A stretch of 64,000 bases of DNA from Lingula anatina. Its lineage: Eukaryota > Animalia > Brachiopoda. Of this stretch, positions 61,736-64,000 are shown piece after piece; position 1 is the stretch's first letter; each line of letters starts with the position of its first letter. Position numbers and translations under genes: made by a program. The notes under the pieces are model-generated. The model saw only the letters and a list, made by a program, of their open reading frames with translations. It had not been told where the DNA came from and did not search any database. The stretch lies in contig CM120640.1 of assembly GCA_051362555.1 (NCBI GenBank), forward strand, positions 248,001 to 312,000, written 5' to 3'.

Positions 61736-64000
61736 CATGTAGTACATGTGTACCATAAACGAACAGGACACGCTAGCTGCCAGGATTGAAAGAACTAGAA
61801 CTTCGTTAAGAGAAAGAGAGAGAGAGAGACGCTGAAATTCTTAAATTATATGGGCGGGTTAGTTTACGGAATGTTGTTCATTGTCACCGGCTGCATACTG
61901 ATGACAAACGCAACTTTTTTATAAGTGTCACGATATCTGTTACAGTCTGCGCGAGCTAAGACGTGTCTTCTTGTTTAACATTGTTGTTTTGCAATAATAC
62001 TGAAACTGATATCTCTGGTTATTCTCCACGTGGCACGCACATAGTCCTATATGTTACTGAAACGACACTTGTATGAAGTTTTGAATCTTTAAGGAGAAAG
62101 GTCAAGGATTCGGCGGCAGACCACATGGCCAAACACGTTTTTACGTTTATCCCTTTCTTTGTTGAAGGTTTTAATGGGTGAAACTGATATTTCTGACAAT
62201 TTGCCATATATCATTTATGTCAACATTGCTACTTATTTATTCAAAAGACCTTGACGAGATTTTTCACATCACATTTTTGTTGATTTTCTGTACAGTAACA
62301 AACATGCTTCCCAAAAATTATTGCGAGCAATGAATTACCAAACAAACAAAAAAAAAAAAAAAAAAAAAAAAGGAAGATGACCACGGCGCCTGTCGGATAT
62401 TATTTATTCATTCTATTTCAGTCCCACAGATATCTGCCCGCATGCCTTAAGTGTGGTTGTGTAAGTCCAGTTATTTATATAAAATGGTCAAGAGAAGAAG
62501 GGGCCTGTTAACAACTGCCCGGTCAAGGGGTGGACGCTGGGTCAGGGAGGGCTTTAAGTGACATTTCGCATGTCTGAGGGCTGTATTTGACACATGACAG
62601 AGGCGCTTAGCGACATTGATTTAATGCAATAAGGTTAGAGTGCAATCGTTCTTAAAATAGTGGAACATATAACATCAATTTTCTTATTAAAGCCAGATCA
62701 AAAGTCAGAGTTGTCCCTTTGAGAAAGAGCATACGATCAGTGCAATTAGATGGAGGTATAAGAAGAGCTACTTTGTCATGGTCGCCACATCAGCCACCCG
62801 TTGGCAATTATTTTCGCCCCTATTTTCTAGGGCCCATGCCTCACCTCGCCTCACCCCTGTGTGCAAGCATCTACCCCATCACCTTCCTATCTGACTTCAA
62901 ACACTTACTGGAATTCTCTTTAGTTAGAGAAGTGGCATCCGTAAAAGCGCATCAAAAGGCGATATCCAAGAGACAGCTAATAATAGGTTTTCGTCACACC
63001 TCATGTAACTCCTAATGTGTATGGAGTTGTAATGCGTCTACATGCCACGATGGTAATGCCGAATTCAACGATGTTAATTGTTCTTCATTAAAGTGAATAC
63101 CGGCGTAGAATACGTAATAGCTCTACTGTAAGGCACCGAAAACCTGTATTTTAAATTGCTGTATCCGTCAGTGAATTTCAAATATAAAAAAATGCACATA
63201 CCATATCATAGTGGGGTTTCTATTGATACTGGGCCTCCGAGACCCTCCCCTACTCTCTGATTAGTAGTCTGTTACAAAATTCTTGTATGGTCTAAGCTTT
63301 GTTTTTGCATATTATTTAAGAAGCCCCGAAAAGTAAAAAAGTCGAAAACTCGAAAAGTCAACAAGTCGAAATATCCTATAGGGCCACCATATGTATCCGA
63401 GGACACGTTCCCACCTCAAACAACTCGAATGTTACTGTGTATTCCACTCTGTCGTTAAATCGAAACTGTTCTTTTCTACAATCTTGACTTGTGTTCTCTT
63501 ACCCCCCCTTCCGAGTTATCACCCCATGTCTCACTCCCCCCCCCCCCACACACACACACATACACAAACACAAAGTGAGACAAGTTGGCATGAATCAAAA
63601 TGTGATCGAAGTCATTTTGCAAGTTGATTCAAGGGTGTACAATATTCGCTTTTCAAATAAAGAGTCTCCTTTTTATTTTTTGCATGAATGGGGTATATAT
63701 TATACTGCCTGATACAGTCTATATAATCACTTCATTTCACTCCCACACAGAAGAAATACACCTTGAATAAGATTGCGTGCTGCTGAATATTCTGCTCGCA
63801 TCCACGTTGAGGTAAGAGAATCGATGAGATCTGTAAAAGGCACGCCCGCTGCTGTGGTAACCATTGTGCTTTATCTTTATTGCTCTGCGATACACCTTAG
63901 CTTCTATATCTAATAATCTGCCTGACTGCATCCGCGCGTATAAAAAATATGTTTTTTTCGTCAGAGGTGAGTGATCTTCTATGGAATAAAGATAAGTGGA

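Noticed and set aside
60651-61758. Many long ORFs (up to 293 aa) rich in Y/I/W or Y/T/R/P/D
   Set aside because: Produced by a stop-poor 12-bp minisatellite that is open in several frames on both strands; no evidence of coding function.
63737-63931. Minus-strand ORF as the missing upstream exon of the GAREM-like gene
   Set aside because: No recognisable CABIT N-terminal motif and no convincing acceptor; cannot be supported.

Overview
AT-rich animal genomic DNA with spliceosomal introns; the gene families point to a lophotrochozoan, probably a mollusc. It holds four spliced protein-coding genes, which I reconstructed by hand. (1) A minus-strand NR1-subfamily nuclear receptor with a CEACKG P-box and an [10 protein letters not shown]-box (NR1P-like), running off the left edge. 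(2) A complete plus-strand E78/NR1E nuclear receptor (12906-33988, about 456 aa), head-to-head with gene 1 across a CpG-rich segment near 12.1-13.2 kb. (3) A complete minus-strand NAP1-family histone chaperone (14 coding exons, 405 aa, ending CKQQ). (4) The large terminal exon of a CABIT+SAM GAREM-like adaptor. Introns carry many MITEs with readable TIRs and TSDs, a hAT remnant, LINE remnants, and mini- and microsatellites. The most notable items are: a sense-strand hammerhead ribozyme inside a Penelope-like fragment between the two E78 zinc-finger exons; an 88-bp triplication of an E78 exon end with its splice donor; a perfect IR1 (EcRE-type) palindrome and a triple RORE-like array in E78 intron 1; a probable bidirectional promoter for the two receptors; a candidate stop-containing cassette exon that would remove the NAP1 CaaX box; and a GC-AG intron. 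All calls come from reading the sequence; no searches were run.
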